Part shown: positions 60,301 through 64,000 of the stretch, one piece after another
Position numbering within the stretch: position 1 is the first letter of the stretch
Layout of the letters: every line of letters begins with the position of its first letter
Position numbers and translations under genes: made by a program
Notes under the pieces: model-generated
The model's input: the letters and a program-made list of their open reading frames with translations, nothing else
Databases searched by the model: none
Told to the model about the DNA's origin: nothing
DNA from: Monocercomonoides exilis PA203
Lineage: Eukaryota > Protista > Preaxostyla
Direction: 5' to 3'
DNA length: 64,000 nt
NCBI GenBank assembly: GCA_001643675.2
Contig: LSRY02000052.1
Location: forward strand, 248,001-312,000

Positions 60301-61069
60301 TTTTGCATGTGAGACTTCTTGTTTGTTATAGATTTATTTTAGCGCTTATTTGGAAGAACATTAAAGTTATTTGTGTTTTCGCTGTCATAATCACCCACCT
60401 GGCGAGTGAAAAATGGAACTTATTTATGATCATTACAATTGATAAAGCTTGTTGTTGAATGGTTTCAATAAATTAATTTTGTTTATTAAATCTGATTCTT
60501 TTGATTTTTTTGTTTTTTTATCATTTTGATCTTTCATGTTTTTTTATTCATCAGGTCTTGGTGTTTGAATCACAAACATTCTTCTTCAAAATGTCATCAT
60601 TTTATCTAAATTTTGCAATATTCACTCTCATTTTCGTTCGATCCTTCCATCAATGAAAATGAGAAAATAACAAGAAAGCTGAGTCAAATGCCAGAAGAAT
60701 ATTAAATAGCCAAAAAAGCAATAGAAAAAATAAAGATGAAATAAGTATTATTACGAGATAAGAATAATGTCAGCTTGAGAAGATGATGAAAATTTAAAAA
60801 TTCAGAATGGATCTTTTTGAAGAATAAATCATAAAAAAATGTGAAAGGAAAAGCCATGATGTGCTTTTATTACATATTTACAAAGCTTTTCTGTTAGTGT
60901 TTCACTATATTTTTTTAAACAAAGAAGTTTATAAAAGAACATTGAAATTGCCAAATATGTATGTTTTTTTATTTGATGAAATGAGATCTGCTCATAAACT
61001 TATTGGATCACAAGTTCAAAACATTTCCGTTGATGATCACAAAAATTTGGTAACGTTCAAATATGATTC

Positions 61070-62400
61070 GCGATTATTTCACTTTCCAAGAAATGAAACA
61101 TTTCCAATTTTTATGTGATTATTTCAGAGCATCCTTCTTCTTTCTTTTTTCCATGCACTTTCCTTTTCAACTTTTTTCTTTTGGTTTCTTCGTTTTCATG
61201 AACCTCTTCTTCTTTAGACCGATTTGAAATAGCAACAAAAAATCTTAAGCTGTCAAAGGCTATTCGATCATCCTATGTTTGCTGCTGAACTCCCTCAAAA
61301 ACAGCATCAAAAGATTCGCTTTCCAGAAAGTCATCATTCATGCCTGAAACCTTTTCTGAAACTTCCGAAAATGAAACAATGCACTGTTTACTGATTTCTC
61401 TGTATTTATCTTTTGCTGCTCTTAATAGCTGAGCAATGCCCCGATCGATCAAACATTTCCTGCATTTCTCAAAATGTGCCTGTCAAGTAATTATCAATTA
61501 CATCTACCCATCTCCAAATTATTATCGCTTCTGCTCTTCTATTTTCTTCATCTTTTCTCTTTCAATTTAAACTCTTTGATAAATCTTCGAAAACTCTTCA
61601 AGCTTCTCTTTCAAAATAAAGATCATTCGTGCTCACTTCTTCCATGCATTTGTCATAGCTCTATCTTATCTTCAATAATACCTAAGCTAATTGAAAGGAG
61701 ACTTGTGCCTGATTCTGATGTTTGAGATGATATCTTTCGATTTCAGTTTTTTCATAAAAACAAAATTCTTCAAGTGCGCTCTCTAAAAATGAGTGGAAAA
61801 TAATAAATAACATTAAAATGGAGAAAAATGCTCAAACCCAATATCCGATATTGCTCAAAGCCAACAATGCCATTTCCACCTCTTTCAGAATTTCCTTGCT
61901 TTCCTCTTTCTTCGATGCAACTTTCGGAAGATGAGTCACACAAATTGCTGGTAATTCTTTGTCAAAAGCAGATAAACTCAAGTGGCACTAGTTTACACAT
62001 GCAAAGATCTACCAGAAGCTCTTCATTCTTCACTTCTTTCTATTTATCTTCTCAGATAATAACACTTGAATTCTTTGCACAACGAAAAATCTGAAAACCT
62101 GTAACTCCAAGCGCCTATCAGTACTTTGAAATATCACATGTTTTTCAATCGGACAAGTACATTTTCCTATAGCATTTCCTTTTCTTCAATCATTTTATCT
62201 TCTTCATTGGACAGCATTTCGTCGAAAGAGATAACAAATTCTTATTTTCCATTTGAAACATCATTTCATTCATCTCCAGAACTTTCTGTTACTGTTCTTC
62301 CTCATCTTAATCCTCAAGTTCAGATAACAATTTGAAAAAAAAACAAAAATGAAGAGATGCAATCCTCAAAATACGAAAATACCAATAACTTCAAACCATT
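61070..62400 (-). pseudogene. Decayed member of a large lineage-specific helical-repeat gene family (KEVEMALLALS family)
   Basis: Minus-strand translation with many stops and frameshifts: FFKLLSELED*DEEEQ*QKVLEMNEMM; KNEELLVDLCMC; ICVTHLPKVASKKEESKEILKEVEMALLALSNIG; IIWRW; LLRAAKDKYREISKQC; KEEGCSEIIT. These match motifs I recall from expanded Monocercomonoides hypothetical proteins. Confidence 0.75.
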
Positions 62401-62736
62401 GCATTTCTCCATGGAGATACTTCTTGAATTGCTATTTGAACATCTCAATAAGAAAATAATGCTTTTTTGAATCTTTCATATTATTTTCGAATATGCAAGA
62501 ATAAAAAACATCAACGAAAAATAAAAAATTGTACTGTTAAAGAATAATCAAATTTTATACCATTCTGCTATGATTTTGTATAACAGACAAAGTATTCAAA
62601 ACAAAAAATTGTTTTCATAGACATTTTTTGCAATTATGGATGTCATGATCATATGTTGTTTTTATTTGTGAAAGAAAAATTTATTTGCATTCGAAAAATA
62701 AAATAATATTATTGAAGCTTATTTGAAATTGACAAT

Positions 62737-62769
<33 letters not shown>

Positions 62770-63050
62770 CGGTGACCGACAGTAACAAAAATTCGCTTGT
62801 CGTGTCGCACAGGTCTAATTTCAAAGTAACATTTATGAATTTCAAAATTTTCAAAAAATTTCACAATTACACAAAAATTGTGCAATTCATCTATTGAAAA
62901 AATATAATATATTCATCACTTTCCTACACTCAGCCAGTGACCAATTAATCACAACAATTTTTAATAAAAAAATACTCAATAATAATAATTACGAACAAAC
63001 TGTTTAACAATTTTGAATAATAAGTTATCCAAATTACAAAAATAAATGGT
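62770..63050 (-). repeat. Dispersed repeat copy 2, inverted; ends ...GTCGGTCACCG next to a poly(A) on the - strand
   Basis: Matches 56734-56890 plus 57342-57351. 62770-62860 also resembles 59608-59703. A T-run lies at ~62740-62769. Confidence 0.8.
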
Positions 63051-64000
63051 TCATCTTGAGATGAAATATATTTTAACAAAATTCAAAAACTATTTAATAA
63101 TTGGAAAATTATTTGAAAAGTTTTAGCTTTTAGTGGGGTGTTGATTTTTCAAAGGATTTTATTCTTTGGTAAAAAAAGTTTTTATTTAGAAAAAAAAATG
63201 AAAGATAATTGTTACAAAAAATCGATGTTTTTGATAATTATTTGATAATATTTTATTTCGGTAGTCAAACACCTTTTCAATGTCAATTTTAAAAATATTC
63301 TATTCTCATTTGGGAATAGAAATTTGTGAGGAAAAAAATATGGCTTTAATAATAAACACCCAATTTGTTTCAAAAAAAAAAGAAAGAGAAAATCCGGAGG
63401 ATGAAGAATATTTTTAAATATCTACCTTTTTAAAAAGCTGTTGATTGAATTTTTTGCAGTGAAACAGTATTTCGAAACAAATTTGAATGTTCATGTTTTT
63501 TTATTTCATATTTTTTATTCAAATCATTAACGATTGAGTTTTTTTTTTAGAAATAATATAAGATGGTTTCTATGAAAAATTTCGAACTCTATGAGTCACA
63601 CTTTACCGTTGTTTAGAAAGAATAAATAAAACAAAATTAACTTTATCATTTTGTAATTCATTCATTTAATTATAAAAAGAAAAAGAAAAAGCAAAGACAA
63701 ATTAATTGAACCAAAGTTCATAACATACAAAATACATCCTGAACGCATACAATCCAAAACAAATGACCAAATTACAGCTATTTTATCAAAGATAAAATAT
63801 TTGTTTTGATCTGAACTTCAAAATTCACACAAATAAAAAAATAAGTAATATTTGAAATGAAAAATGCGTGACAATTAAATGTGTATGAAATTACCAAAAG
63901 ACAGAAATGAGTTTGAACCCATTGAAATTATGAAACGAACAATGCTAAGCAGACCTCTTTAAGAAAAATGTGAATGAAAACTGACATGTACAAATAAGAG

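Noticed and set aside
56400-63100. CRISPR array or prokaryotic defence/mobile system
   Set aside because: No regularly spaced direct repeats, no cas or transposase ORFs; the context is eukaryotic.
1-64000. Non-standard genetic code (TAA/TAG = Gln, as in some oxymonads and diplomonads)
   Set aside because: Conserved genes end properly at TAA, TAG and TGA; internal stops are explained by GT-AG introns.
1-64000. tRNA/rRNA/snRNA genes
   Set aside because: None recognised by eye; a covariance-model scan would be needed to exclude small ncRNAs.

Overview
Eukaryotic, intron-rich, AT-rich protist DNA using the standard genetic code (TAA, TAG and TGA all act as stops). Gene style and a recognisable lineage-specific gene-family pseudogene suggest the oxymonad Monocercomonoides or a relative; this is recall, not a database result. 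Bases 1 to ~55.9 kb are very gene-dense, with ~22 mostly spliced genes: TPR/Mlp-like nucleoporin (runs off the left edge), DEK-HMG-box protein, WDR33/Pfs2, 2xRRM SR protein, divergent importin-alpha, RPLP1, an intronless bacterial-type Nim/PNPOx protein, C2HC zinc-finger protein, an unknown propeller/coiled-coil protein, a coiled-coil gene possibly fused to a class I PI3K, CCDC153/DRC12, a giant ER/K protein, truncated eIF2B-gamma, long-chain acyl-CoA synthetase, PPIL4, Las1, FKBP15-like, eIF4G-like, TBL2-like and ARFRP1. Several pairs are head-to-head with only 54-90 bp between start codons, and a TGATCA/WGATCW motif recurs near many start codons. From ~56 kb on the DNA is gene-poor, with nested inverted-repeat (MITE-like) elements, a filled/empty insertion-site pair and a decayed pseudogene. 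Exon boundaries were inferred by eye from GT-AG sites and frame/homology continuity. All protein-family calls come from remembered motifs, not searches.
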